Program-made: the position numbers and the translations under genes
The notes under the pieces: model-generated
The model's input: the letters and a program-made list of their open reading frames with translations, nothing else
Told to the model about the DNA's origin: nothing
The model's database searches: none
Origin: Chloroflexota bacterium
GTDB taxonomy: Bacteria; Chloroflexota; Dehalococcoidia; JACPPY01
NCBI GenBank assembly: GCA_040754215.1
Contig: JBFMDE010000001.1
Coordinates: forward strand, 18,656 to 72,197
Direction of reading: 5' to 3'
Length of the DNA: 53,542 nucleotides
Part shown: positions 45,535 to 53,542 of the stretch, one piece after another
How positions within the stretch are numbered: position 1 is the first letter of the stretch
Layout of the letters: every line of letters begins with the position of its first letter

Positions 45535-46530
45535 ATGATCGTCCAAAGCGCTCGCGAAGTTGAACGGAAGGTCATCTCCATCCTCAGGGTTCTCAACGAT
45601 AACCCTCGGCCTGTTGGCGCCAGGATCATCTCCAGGGAACTTAAGCATCACGGAGTAGACCTCACGGAACGGGCTGTGAGGTATCACCTCAAGTTCATGG
45701 ATGAGCGAGGACTAACCCGGCCTTCTGGCAACGATGGCAGAACTATCACGGAGCGAGGAGCGGAAGAGCTCCGAAATGCACTGGTCACTGACAAGGTCGG
45801 CTTCGTCATCAACCACATAGAGATCCTGGCCTACCGTACCACATTCGACCCTAACACCACCTCCGGCGACATCGTCATCAACGTGTCTTTCTTCCCGCGT
45901 GCACGGTTCAAGGATGCCCTGAGGGCGATGCGCCCTGCTTTCAAAGCAGGTTTGTGTGTCAGCGAGCTGGTAGCGGTGACAGGTGAAGGAGAGAGGCTGG
46001 GACAGGCGCTGGTGCCACATGGCAAGGTCGGGTTTGCCACCGTTTGCAGCATCACCACAAACGGAGTGCTGCTCAAGGCTGGCATTCCCATGGGTTCACG
46101 GTTCGGCGGCATACTGGAGATTCGCGACTCGCGGCCGCACCGCTTCGCTGAGCTGATTAACTACGAGGGCTCTACACTTGACCCTTCCGAGATATTCATC
46201 AGCGGCAGGATGACCTCGGTGGCGCGGGCAGCAACAAGCGGCGAGGGCAAGGTGCTGGCCAATTTCCGTGAGATACCGGCGCAGTGCCGTGAGACCGCCC
46301 AATCAGCCATTGCGGCACTGGAGAAGGCCGGAATTCGAGGGCCGATAGCAATGAGTGGCGTGAGCGAACCGGTGTGTGAGATTCCGGTGGGACTCAACCG
46401 GATCGGCATAGTACTGCTTGGCGGACTGAACCCGGTGGCTGCAGCCGAGGAGTCTGGTGTGGGTGCGAGCAGCACAGCCATGGCCGGCGTGATGGAGTAC
46501 AAGAAGCTCGTCAGTTTCTGGGAACTGTGA
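45535..46530 (+). CDS. nrpR: NrpR-like transcriptional regulator (winged helix + one NrpR/DUF128 regulatory domain)
   Basis: ISILRVLNDNPRPVGARIISRELKHHGVDLTERAVRYHLKFMDERGLT wHTH, then STLDPSEIFISG and GKVLANFREIP motifs that I associate with the NrpR domain. 34 nt after the previous gene. Confidence 0.65.
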   Translation: MIVQSAREVERKVISILRVLNDNPRPVGARIISRELKHHGVDLTERAVRYHLKFMDERGLTRPSGNDGRTITERGAEELRNALVTDKVGFVINHIEILAYRTTFDPNTTSGDIVINVSFFPRARFKDALRAMRPAFKAGLCVSELVAVTGEGERLGQALVPHGKVGFATVCSITTNGVLLKAGIPMGSRFGGILEIRDSRPHRFAELINYEGSTLDPSEIFISGRMTSVARAATSGEGKVLANFREIPAQCRETAQSAIAALEKAGIRGPIAMSGVSEPVCEIPVGLNRIGIVLLGGLNPVAAAEESGVGASSTAMAGVMEYKKLVSFWEL

Positions 46531-46599
46531 TAGCTCATCGAAGGAACAAACGGCCAGAGAGAAGCGACCGATAGTCAATCGCAACTAAGGAGGTGTGTT

Positions 46600-46854
46600 G
46601 TGCCTGAAGTGGAGATTGGTGCAGTAAGCGATTTCTTCCATAGGGTGATGGCAGCCGGTATTCAACTCACAGGTACGCTGTGTGTTGGCGACAAGATTCA
46701 CATCAAGGGGCATACTACGGACATGGAGTTGGTGGTCTCCTCGATGCAGATACAGAACAAGGACGTGAAAGAGGGCAAGCCGGGTGAGGCAGTGGGCGTC
46801 AAGGTACCCGATAGGGTGAGGCGAGGAGACAAGGTATTCAAGGTAACAGCCTGA
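46600..46854 (+). CDS. Small EF-Tu-domain-2-like beta-barrel protein (translation elongation factor-like protein family)
   Basis: VGDKIHIKGHTTDMELVVSSMQIQNKDVKEGKPGEAVGVKV. GTG start after AAGGAGG. Confidence 0.6.
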   Translation: MPEVEIGAVSDFFHRVMAAGIQLTGTLCVGDKIHIKGHTTDMELVVSSMQIQNKDVKEGKPGEAVGVKVPDRVRRGDKVFKVTA

Positions 46855-46926
46855 GAGTCCAGGGCTGCTCAGACTTTCCTCTCACCAGCCGATGTCCTCT
46901 CGGCTGATGCTCATAGCCGAGTGTGC

Positions 46927-47394
46927 TCAGGGCAGGCTCTTCAGCAGGTTGACCATCTCGATTGCAGACACAGCCGCAGCAAAGCCCCTGTTGCCCTCTT
47001 TGGTACCAGCACGTTCGATAGCCTGTTCCAGTGTATCTGCGGTGATGACCCCATAAATGACTGGTACCCCGGACTCGAGACCTACTCTGGCAACCCCTCT
47101 GCTTACCTCGGCAGCGACGTACTCAAAGTGCGGTGTCGCACCACGAATGACGGCCCCGAGGCAGATGACTGCCTGGTACTTGCCGGATTGAGCCAGCTTA
47201 CGCGCAACCAGCGGTATCTCGAAACAACCCGGCGTCCGGGCGATGTCTACATCCTCGTCCTTCACACCATGCCGGGACAGTGCGTCCTTTGCTCCTTCCA
47301 AGAGGCGGGTGGTGATAAATTCATTGAAGCGGGCTACCACGATGCCAAACCTCAGTCCCGCACCCAACAGTGTGCCTTCAAACTGTTTGCCCAT
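46927..47394 (-). CDS. ribH: 6,7-dimethyl-8-ribityllumazine synthase
   Basis: [20 protein letters not shown], and [14 protein letters not shown] motifs. ATG 2 nt after the ribBA stop. Confidence 0.9.
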   Translation of the reverse strand: MGKQFEGTLLGAGLRFGIVVARFNEFITTRLLEGAKDALSRHGVKDEDVDIARTPGCFEIPLVARKLAQSGKYQAVICLGAVIRGATPHFEYVAAEVSRGVARVGLESGVPVIYGVITADTLEQAIERAGTKEGNRGFAAAVSAIEMVNLLKSLP

Positions 47395-47396
47395 TT

Positions 47397-48626
47397 CTAA
47401 CTCTCCCTTCCCTTTTCGGACGATTCCGCGCACTCCAGCACATGCCCAAGCTTCTTCTGCTTCGTTTCTAGGTAGTGTCGGTTGTGAGGGTTGGGACGAG
47501 CTCTGATGGGCATGGTCTCGACAACACGGAGCCCATAGCCTTCCAGTCCCACCACCTTCTTCGGGTTATTTGTCAGCAGCCTTACCTGCCTCAGACCCAG
47601 GTCCGCCAGGATCTGCGCCCCGATGCCGTAGTCCCTCAGGTCGGGAGCGAACCCCAGTGATATGTTCGCCTCCACGGTATCCATGCCCTTGTCCTGGAGG
47701 GCATAGGCACGGAGCTTGTTGTGAATCCCGATACCACGTCCCTCCTGACGCATGTAGAGAAAGACGCCGCGTCCCTCTTCTGCTATGGCCCGCATGGCCA
47801 GTTCCACCTGCTCACCGCAGTCGCAGCGCAAGCTGCCAAACACGTCGCCAGTAAGGCATTCGCTATGGACGCGCACCAGTACCGGCTCATCGCTTGAGAT
47901 GTCCCCTCTCACCAGGGCCACATGTTCGTCCGGGTCAATCGTGCTCCGGTAGGCGATGGCCACGAACTCGCCATACCTGCTGGGGAGCTTCGCCTCAGCA
48001 ACCCGTTGCACCAGCTTCTCGGTGCGTCGCCGATAGGCGATCAGGTCGGCCACGCTTACGACCTTTAAACCAAATCTGTCCGCCATGGCCTCGAGCTGCG
48101 GCAGGCGCGCCATGGTGCCATCCTCATTCAGTATCTCGCATATGACACCGGCTGGGTACAGCCCGGCCAGCCTCGCCAGGTCGACGATGGCCTCGGTGTG
48201 ACCGGCACGTACCAGCACCCCACCTTCGCGCGCCCTTAATGGGAACATGTGTCCCGGACGCGCGATATCCTCTGGCTTGGTTGTCGGGTCCAGAACAGCC
48301 TTTACCGTGGTCGCTCGGTCGCGGGCCGATATGCCAGTGGTAGTCGCATTCCTGGCCTCGACGGATACGGTGAACGCCGTGCAAAACGGGGAGGTGTTTT
48401 CTTGTACCATAAGCGGTATCTTTAGCTCATCCAGCCTCTGCCCGACAACGGGCATGCAGATCAGACCCCGGCCATGTTTGGCCATGAAGTTTATTGCCTC
48501 TGCGGTTACTTTCTCTGCCGCGAGCGCCAGGTCACCTTCGTTCTCGCGGGACTCATCATCCACAATGATGATGAACCTACCGGCCTTCAGTTCTTCTATT
48601 GCCTCTCGGATACTCGATAGAGCCAT
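47397..48626 (-). CDS. ribBA: Bifunctional 3,4-dihydroxy-2-butanone-4-phosphate synthase / GTP cyclohydrolase II
   Basis: [16 protein letters not shown], and then [21 protein letters not shown] and RQEGRGIG. Confidence 0.9.
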   Translation of the reverse strand: MALSSIREAIEELKAGRFIIIVDDESRENEGDLALAAEKVTAEAINFMAKHGRGLICMPVVGQRLDELKIPLMVQENTSPFCTAFTVSVEARNATTTGISARDRATTVKAVLDPTTKPEDIARPGHMFPLRAREGGVLVRAGHTEAIVDLARLAGLYPAGVICEILNEDGTMARLPQLEAMADRFGLKVVSVADLIAYRRRTEKLVQRVAEAKLPSRYGEFVAIAYRSTIDPDEHVALVRGDISSDEPVLVRVHSECLTGDVFGSLRCDCGEQVELAMRAIAEEGRGVFLYMRQEGRGIGIHNKLRAYALQDKGMDTVEANISLGFAPDLRDYGIGAQILADLGLRQVRLLTNNPKKVVGLEGYGLRVVETMPIRARPNPHNRHYLETKQKKLGHVLECAESSEKGRES

Positions 48627-48657
48627 TGCCTCTCGTTTCAACCTGCTTGAAGAATGT

Positions 48658-49287
48658 TTACGGGACGACATACCCATGCTCAGCGAGGAAACCCATGGTT
48701 ATGCCGGACCCCCCTGTCCTGACGAAATGCTCCACATATTTGGCCACGATGTCAACTTCAAGGTTGACCAACTGGCCCGGTTTCTTCCCTCCGAGGGTCG
48801 TGTTGTGCATAGTATACTCAACCAGAGAGACGGTGAAGCTGGAACTATCTGTTCTGGCTATGGTGAGGCTGGCACCGTCAACAGCGATGAACGCCTTCTC
48901 TACCAGATAGCGCATCACGTTCTCCGGAGCTGATATCCGAAACAAGACGGCTTTCCCCTCCGTCACCAGCGACATGACCCTGCCCGTCGCATCCACGTGC
49001 CCTTGCACCAGATGGCCCCCTACTCGACCACCGAGCACCGCTGCCCTTTCCAAATTCACCCGCTCGCCCTGCACCAGGCTGCCCAGATTGGAGCGACGCA
49101 GGGTCTCTGGCATCACGTCAACGCTGAAACCATGGCCGGTGACGGCAGTGACGGTGAGACAAGCACCATTGATGGCCATGCTATCGCCGGGCTTAAGTCC
49201 ACCCGGGGTCTTGGTCGCCGTCACCAGGAGTCTCGTACCAGCATTGGACTCGACTATGCCTACCTCTTCCACTATCCCGGTAAACAT
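48658..49287 (-). CDS. ribE: Riboflavin synthase alpha chain
   Basis: [11 protein letters not shown]-terminus, [13 protein letters not shown] and VDGASLTI duplicated-barrel motifs. Confidence 0.9.
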   Translation of the reverse strand: MFTGIVEEVGIVESNAGTRLLVTATKTPGGLKPGDSMAINGACLTVTAVTGHGFSVDVMPETLRRSNLGSLVQGERVNLERAAVLGGRVGGHLVQGHVDATGRVMSLVTEGKAVLFRISAPENVMRYLVEKAFIAVDGASLTIARTDSSSFTVSLVEYTMHNTTLGGKKPGQLVNLEVDIVAKYVEHFVRTGGSGITMGFLAEHGYVVP

Positions 49288-49294
49288 ATCTCGA

Positions 49295-50455
49295 CTAGGT
49301 GGCTCCCGGCCTGGCAACATACCCGGTAATCATCACGTCGTCTCCAAACCTCTTCACCGCCATACGCCGCAGCGTCAACGCCTCTGACACTTTGTCCACG
49401 CCGTTGCCCGCCACAGCAGGTCGAGCATCCGCGCCGCCAACGATCATCGGAGCAATGAAGACCACCAGCTTGTCCACCAGGCAGGCGTCCAGCAACGAGC
49501 CCATGAGCGCTCCACCGCCTTCCACCAGCACGTGGCAGACCTCCCGTCTTCCCATCTCCTTCAGGAGTTGCTCCAGGTCAACCAGGTCTTCCCGTGACCC
49601 CTGTGACGGAAGCTGCAGCACTTCAGCACCCAGCCTCGCATAGGCCCGGGCATGGTCGGGGTCAACCAGTCGGGTAACGGCGACCAGGGTATTGCCCGGC
49701 TCCTTGAATATCTGGGCAGAGGCCGGTGTCCGGCCCTTGCCGTCAATGATTACCCGTAGCGGTTGCACCTTGGCTTTCCCACCCTTGCCCGAACTGAACC
49801 TCGCCGTCAGATGGGGGTCGTCACAGATAACGGTGTTGACTCCCACCATTACCGCGTCCACCGCATGCCTCAGCATGTGGACGAACTTCCTGGCATCTTC
49901 GCCGCTGATCCACTTCGAGTCCCCGGTCTTGGTAGCTATCCTGCCGTCCAGGCTCATGGCCAGCTTCGCGGTGACAAAGGGCATGCCGGTCGTTATGTAT
50001 TTGATGTAGGCCTCATTCACTTCCCGGGCCTCTTCTTCGAGCTCCCCCATGATGACCCTGACGCCCGCCTTTTTCAGGGCAGCAATGCCTTTGCCAGATA
50101 CCACCGGGTTCGGGTCCATCACGGCGATGTGTACTTCTTCGATACCAGCCGAGATCACAGCCTCGACACAGGGTGGGGTCCTGCCGTAGTGACAACATGG
50201 CTCAAGTGTCACGTACATGGTTGCACCGTAGGCCTTAGGGCCGGCCTGGTGCAGGGCCATGACCTCAGCGTGCCAGGCCCCTGGTGGCTGCGTGTGACCC
50301 ATCCCCACCACCACACCGTTCTTCACTACCACCGCTCCGACAGCGGGGTTAGGGCTGGTGTGACCCAATGCCAGCCTCGCGAGCGACAGAGCGCCGCGCA
50401 TGTAGTCTGTGGGGCGTCCCCACACCTCATCCGGCTGCTGATGGACCATCTGCAT
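49295..50455 (-). CDS. ribD: Bifunctional riboflavin biosynthesis deaminase/reductase RibD
   Basis: TSPNPAVGAVVV, HAEVMAL, and TLEPCCHYGRTPPC zinc deaminase motifs, with a C-terminal reductase domain. Confidence 0.9.
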   Translation of the reverse strand: MQMVHQQPDEVWGRPTDYMRGALSLARLALGHTSPNPAVGAVVVKNGVVVGMGHTQPPGAWHAEVMALHQAGPKAYGATMYVTLEPCCHYGRTPPCVEAVISAGIEEVHIAVMDPNPVVSGKGIAALKKAGVRVIMGELEEEAREVNEAYIKYITTGMPFVTAKLAMSLDGRIATKTGDSKWISGEDARKFVHMLRHAVDAVMVGVNTVICDDPHLTARFSSGKGGKAKVQPLRVIIDGKGRTPASAQIFKEPGNTLVAVTRLVDPDHARAYARLGAEVLQLPSQGSREDLVDLEQLLKEMGRREVCHVLVEGGGALMGSLLDACLVDKLVVFIAPMIVGGADARPAVAGNGVDKVSEALTLRRMAVKRFGDDVMITGYVARPGAT

Positions 50456-50526
50456 GTACAGGCAGGGTGACTGCGGACAATCCCTTTGCTACCCTGCCGC
50501 TGTATCCCTATCAGATACTGAGGTAC

Positions 50527-50555
50527 ATTCTATCATAGAGGCCACGGCCTAACAA
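50527..50555 (-). promoter_or_regulatory. Candidate promoter of the rib operon
   Basis: Minus strand: TTGTTA (50555-50550), 17-nt spacer ending in TGa, TAGAAT (50532-50527). It predicts a ~65-nt leader. Confidence 0.4.
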
Positions 50556-50602
50556 AAAGGCGATGCTGGAGGGAGTTGGATGGTGATATCCGGCACAGAA
50601 AT

Positions 50603-50640
50603 GGGGGGGCAGGAAACAGCCGAAGGTCCATTCCCTGCCC
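50603..50640 (-). terminator. Stem-loop after the SIMPL gene (weak terminator candidate)
   Basis: Minus strand: GGGCAGGGAA - 15 nt - TTCCTGCCC (9 bp, one bulge) followed by CCCCATTTCTG. The U-tract is poor. Confidence 0.3.
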
Positions 50641-50666
50641 TGGAGGACGTGTTGAGGGGGCTGGAG

Positions 50667-51425
50667 CTAGTCTATGGCATATGCGGCCTGGACTGTGGCC
50701 TGGACGCTTATCTCGCCTGGGCTTATCGGTGTCTGGCCGCCGGCGGCAGCCTCTCTGACGATGACCGGAGTGGGCGATGGCGTATATGCGCTTACTTGAG
50801 CATAGGTGAGCTTACCCAACCTCACCCCCATCGTATCGGCGATTGCTCGTGCCTTCTCCTTGGCGTCCTTGAGTGCGAGCTCTTGAGCCTGTGCCTGGAG
50901 GGCCTTGGGGTCATCCACGGTGAAGGAGATGCTTTCGATACGCGTCAGGTCGCCACCGGCCTCAGCGACGGCATCTATGACTATCCCGGCATCGTCCACC
51001 TGCCTGACCTTGGCTACGACCATGTTACTCACACGGTAGCCGATGGTCTCCGGCTTGTCCTCCTTCTCATCCCATCTGGTCACAGGGGTGATGCTGAAAC
51101 GTTGCGTCTGGATGTCCTTGTCCTTGACTCCATTGGCCTTAAGCGCTGACATCACGCTGTTCATGGCTCCCTGTGCCTGCTTCTGAGCCTCCGTCACCGA
51201 GGCAGCCTGGGCCTCGATCCCGAGGGTAAGCACAGCTATGTCGGGTGTGGTCGTCACCTTCCCCTCACCGGTGACCCATATTCCGGTCTGCTGAGGGTTC
51301 GTGACCACGATGCTGGTCGGTGAGTTGCCTCCGGCTACGGTCTCCGCGGCGCATCCCACAACAAGCAGGGAAACCAGTACCACCGCGGTGCCCAGCACCA
51401 GTAGGGGCCAACTTCGCTTCTTCAT
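50667..51425 (-). CDS. SIMPL-domain (DUF541) lipoprotein
   Basis: Lipobox LVVGC. GYRVSNMVVAKV and the TVQAAYAI C-terminal pattern are typical of 26-kDa periplasmic immunogenic protein-like proteins. Confidence 0.7.
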   Translation of the reverse strand: MKKRSWPLLVLGTAVVLVSLLVVGCAAETVAGGNSPTSIVVTNPQQTGIWVTGEGKVTTTPDIAVLTLGIEAQAASVTEAQKQAQGAMNSVMSALKANGVKDKDIQTQRFSITPVTRWDEKEDKPETIGYRVSNMVVAKVRQVDDAGIVIDAVAEAGGDLTRIESISFTVDDPKALQAQAQELALKDAKEKARAIADTMGVRLGKLTYAQVSAYTPSPTPVIVREAAAGGQTPISPGEISVQATVQAAYAID

Positions 51426-51645
51426 GCCATCTCCTTTCAGAACCCTTGCATTATCTGAGGTCCACAGTCAGTTGCGCGAGGGTATTCAACTCTAATTATA
51501 AAACGACAGAAGGCGGCGGGGGTTAGGGGTCACAGCACCATCCCTATGCGCCCCCGAACCACCAGCCCAGCTAGCGATGTGGCAGACAGTCTTTGGCCCG
51601 CGTATAATAGCTTGCCGACCGTCAGGAGGCCAACCACACGACATC

Positions 51646-52242
51646 ATGAAATCTATAGTCCGCGAAGTCCTATGGACCCTTCTCTTCGCTGTATTGGTCT
51701 TCGTGCTGTTACGGGTCAGCGTACAGACCTTCAGGGTCGAAATGCCGAGCATGAAGCCCACGATAGAGCCGGGGTGGTGGCTAGTGCTGGACAAGGTCAG
51801 CTACCGCTTCGGACAGCCGCGCCGTGGCGACATCGTCGTGTTCCATGCACCCACCGAACCCGGGCACGACTTCATCAAGAGAGTGATAGCCATTCCCGGC
51901 GACACGGTGGAGGTGAAGGACGGCAAGGTCTATCTGAACGGCCAACCTGTCGAGGAGCCTTATCTGGCCAATCCTCCGCATTACACCATGGCATTGTGGG
52001 AAATACCTCCCAACGAGTACTTCGTACTGGGAGACAACCGCGATACGAGCGTGGATTCCCACTATGGCTGGCTTGTGCCTCGAGCCAACCTGGTGGGCAG
52101 GGCCTGGCTCATCGTCTGGCCGTTCAGCAAATGGGGCCTGGCCCCAAACCATGCGCTCTCAGCAGGCCAGGTGAGTCCGGGTATGGTATCTGATGTAGCA
52201 TCATCAGGGCCAACCCTTGTCTTTGACCAAGGTGAGCCATGA
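51646..52242 (+). CDS. lepB: Signal peptidase I
   Basis: N-terminal TM helix, PSMKPT (catalytic Ser), RGDIVVF, KRVIAIPGD (catalytic Lys), and VLGDNRDTSVDS motifs. Confidence 0.9.
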   Translation: MKSIVREVLWTLLFAVLVFVLLRVSVQTFRVEMPSMKPTIEPGWWLVLDKVSYRFGQPRRGDIVVFHAPTEPGHDFIKRVIAIPGDTVEVKDGKVYLNGQPVEEPYLANPPHYTMALWEIPPNEYFVLGDNRDTSVDSHYGWLVPRANLVGRAWLIVWPFSKWGLAPNHALSAGQVSPGMVSDVASSGPTLVFDQGEP

Positions 52243-52802
52243 GCATGGATGTGGAAAAGACCTTCGAAGAGTCAGGAGCCGTGCTACGCGGGCATTTCCT
52301 GCTTACCTCAGGAAGGCACTCTCCCGTTTACTGGGAGAAGTTCCGGGTGCTTCAGTCGCCGCGCCATACGGTTGAGCTATGCCGCCTGGTGGCAGAGCGG
52401 TTCCGCAATGATGGCGTCCAGGTTGTCGCGGGACCAACACTGGGCGGCGTGATTCTCGCCTTCGAGGTCGCCCGTCAGCTTCAGGTGCGGAGCGCCTATG
52501 CGGAAAAAGACGACTCCGGGAGGACATTCCGACGCGGTCTCAGCATCAAGCCGGGTGAGCGGGTGCTCATCGTAGATGATGTCCTCACCACCGGAACATC
52601 CGTCAAGGATGTAATACAGGCGGTACAGCGAAGCGGAGGCCACATAGTTGGCATCGGGGTGCTGGTGGACCGGAGCGAAGAGACGGTGGACCTGGGCCTC
52701 CCGCTATTCTCCTGCCTGCGCAGCCCGGCGGTGAGCTATCCTCCGGACAACTGTCCCCTCTGTCAGCAGGGGTTACCCCTGACCAGGCCGGGCGGCCTCT
52801 GA
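52239..52802 (+). CDS. pyrE: Orotate phosphoribosyltransferase
   Basis: FLLTSGRHSPVY and the VLIVDDVLTTGTS PRPP-binding motif. ATGA overlap with lepB. Confidence 0.9.
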   Translation: MSMDVEKTFEESGAVLRGHFLLTSGRHSPVYWEKFRVLQSPRHTVELCRLVAERFRNDGVQVVAGPTLGGVILAFEVARQLQVRSAYAEKDDSGRTFRRGLSIKPGERVLIVDDVLTTGTSVKDVIQAVQRSGGHIVGIGVLVDRSEETVDLGLPLFSCLRSPAVSYPPDNCPLCQQGLPLTRPGGL

Positions 52803-52815
52803 GCCGGTTTTTTTC

Positions 52816-52845
52816 TTGACACCTCCGAATCTGAGCGACTACAAT
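52816..52845 (+). promoter_or_regulatory. Sigma70-type promoter for tRNA-Phe, with upstream T-tract (UP-element-like)
   Basis: TTTTTTTc TTGACA (52816-21), 18-nt spacer, TACAAT (52840-45), 47 nt upstream of the tRNA. Confidence 0.55.
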
Positions 52846-52892
52846 AGCCCCGCTGTCTTGCCGGCTTCTACGGCCCGCAGCCGCGTATGGAT

Positions 52893-52968
<76 letters not shown>

Positions 52969-53012
52969 CTCATTTTTGAAGGTACGAGGGAGGGGCAGGC
53001 CCATCCTTGATA

Positions 53013-53021
53013 TGGTACAAT
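53013..53021 (+). promoter_or_regulatory. Extended -10 promoter (TGgTACAAT) upstream of the zinc-finger mini-ORF
   Basis: ataTGgTACAATag, 22 nt upstream of ATG 53043. Identical 9-mer to the one at 11457-11465. Confidence 0.35.
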
Positions 53022-53042
53022 AGCAAGCAAGGGGGTGGAGAT

Positions 53043-53189
53043 ATGGCACCAGGATCAGAGATAGTAGAATGCCCTACGTGCAAGGGTGAGGGCATGATAC
53101 GCCACTGCGGGCAGGCTGTTGTTTGCTGGAGATGCAAGGGTTTGGGCGAGCTGGACAGGGACGAGGCGGCCAAGCCGGCGACGGCCTGA
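53043..53189 (+). CDS. 48-aa DnaJ-type zinc-finger mini-protein (two CxxCxGxG repeats)
   Basis: MAPGSEIVECPTCKGEGMIRHCGQAVVCWRCKGLGELD... The SD-like GGGGGTGGAG lies just upstream of the ATG. Confidence 0.55.
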   Translation: MAPGSEIVECPTCKGEGMIRHCGQAVVCWRCKGLGELDRDEAAKPATA

Positions 53190-53220
53190 GCTCAGCACCC
53201 AGGTTGTGTCCGAGGGCCGT

Positions 53221-53309
53221 GCCGAAGTGGCGGAACTGGTAGACGCGACAGTCTCAAAAACTGTTGAGGGGCAACTCTCGTGTCGGTTCGAGCCCGACCT
53301 TCGGCACCA
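53221..53309 (+). tRNA. tRNA-Leu (anticodon CAA), long variable arm, CCA encoded
   Basis: Acceptor GCCGAAG/CTTCGGC, anticodon stem-loop ACAGT-CTCAAAA-ACTGT, variable arm TGAGGGGCAACTCTCGTG, T arm GTCGGTTCGAGCCCGAC. Confidence 0.93.
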
Positions 53310-53336
53310 CACTTTGTCCGAGACCCTGCCTCATGT

Positions 53337-53410
53337 TGCCGAGTTGTGTAGTGGTAGCACGGGGGACTTTGGATCCCCTAGCCCAGGTTCGAATCCTGGC
53401 TCGGCAGCCA
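53337..53410 (+). tRNA. tRNA-Gln (anticodon TTG), U1:A72, CCA encoded
   Basis: Acceptor TGCCGAG/CTCGGCA, anticodon stem-loop GGGGA-CTTTGGA-TCCCC, T arm CCAGGTTCGAATCCTGG. Confidence 0.9.
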
Positions 53411-53424
53411 CACACCCCACTCAT

Positions 53425-53499
53425 TCCCCGATAGCTCAGCGGTAGAGCGGGCGGCTGTTAACCGCTAGGTCGTAGGTTCGAATCCTACTCGGGGAGCCA
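53425..53499 (+). tRNA. tRNA-Asn (anticodon GTT), CCA encoded
   Basis: Acceptor TCCCCGA/TCGGGGA, D arm GCTCAGCGGTAGAGC, anticodon loop CTGTTAA, T arm GTAGGTTCGAATCCTAC. Confidence 0.93.
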
Positions 53500-53542
53500 A
53501 GTTTATCAATAGACAGAACCTCCTTTTTTAAGCAAGATGGGA

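Noticed and set aside
50580-51149. Plus-strand 189-aa ORF and riboswitch-like GC-rich hairpins on the plus strand near 50600-50660
   Set aside because: The ORF is antisense to the SIMPL lipoprotein gene, and no plus-strand gene lies downstream that a plus-strand riboswitch could control.
52785-52815. Rho-independent terminator after pyrE (T7 run)
   Set aside because: Only 4-bp GGCC/CCGG stems can be drawn ahead of the T-run. The T-tract abuts the -35 of the tRNA-Phe promoter, so it is more economically read as an UP-like element. Weak termination cannot be excluded.

Overview
GC-rich, densely coded bacterial chromosomal segment with about 50 CDS and 4 tRNA genes. I saw no rRNA, CRISPR array, transposase or integrase. 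All family calls come from reading the supplied translations for motifs I recognise. No searches were run, and every start codon, promoter and terminator is a by-eye prediction.

Gene content in order:
- efp (5' partial), a PHP phosphoesterase, and a translationally coupled formyltransferase-like / HAD-like / PfkB-kinase cassette.
- clpP, tig and aspS on the minus strand.
- A frameshifted ADP-forming acyl-CoA synthetase alpha gene.
- tgt and hslV.
- Two FAD oxidoreductases, the second of NDH-2 type.
- A LIV-family ABC importer cluster interleaved with two acyl-CoA ligases.
- A minus-strand housekeeping array: flavodiiron protein, MetE-like protein, surE, ftsY, lgt, ccdA and a TlpA/ResA-like gene.
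- A 12-TM internally repeated membrane protein.
- A nitrogen-assimilation island (34.6-46.5 kb): atypical OmpR-type regulator, glnA, nadE, hisH, a five-gene split archaeal-type glutamate synthase, and an NrpR-like regulator.
- The ribD-ribE-ribBA-ribH operon, a SIMPL lipoprotein, lepB and pyrE.
- A tRNA cluster (Phe, Leu, Gln, Asn) that contains a tiny DnaJ-type zinc-finger ORF.

Several archaeal-flavoured genes suggest a Chloroflexota/Dehalococcoidia-like anaerobe: NrpR, split GOGAT, the MetE-like core and the HAD-like D-x-E-G-P protein. This taxonomic guess is inference only.

The best candidate for something undescribed is the nitrogen-control arrangement: a bacterial NrpR homologue co-transcribed with split GOGAT, plus a pseudo-receiver regulator next to glnA.

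Other items worth a second look:
- the six-fold repeated two-helix membrane protein;
- the ABC importer that has no livG but two CoA ligases;
- a 45-bp tandem duplication of a translation-initiation region;
- a probable non-canonical (ATT) start;
- leaderless-looking promoters;
- recurrent extended -10 (TGnTAnAAT) promoters.
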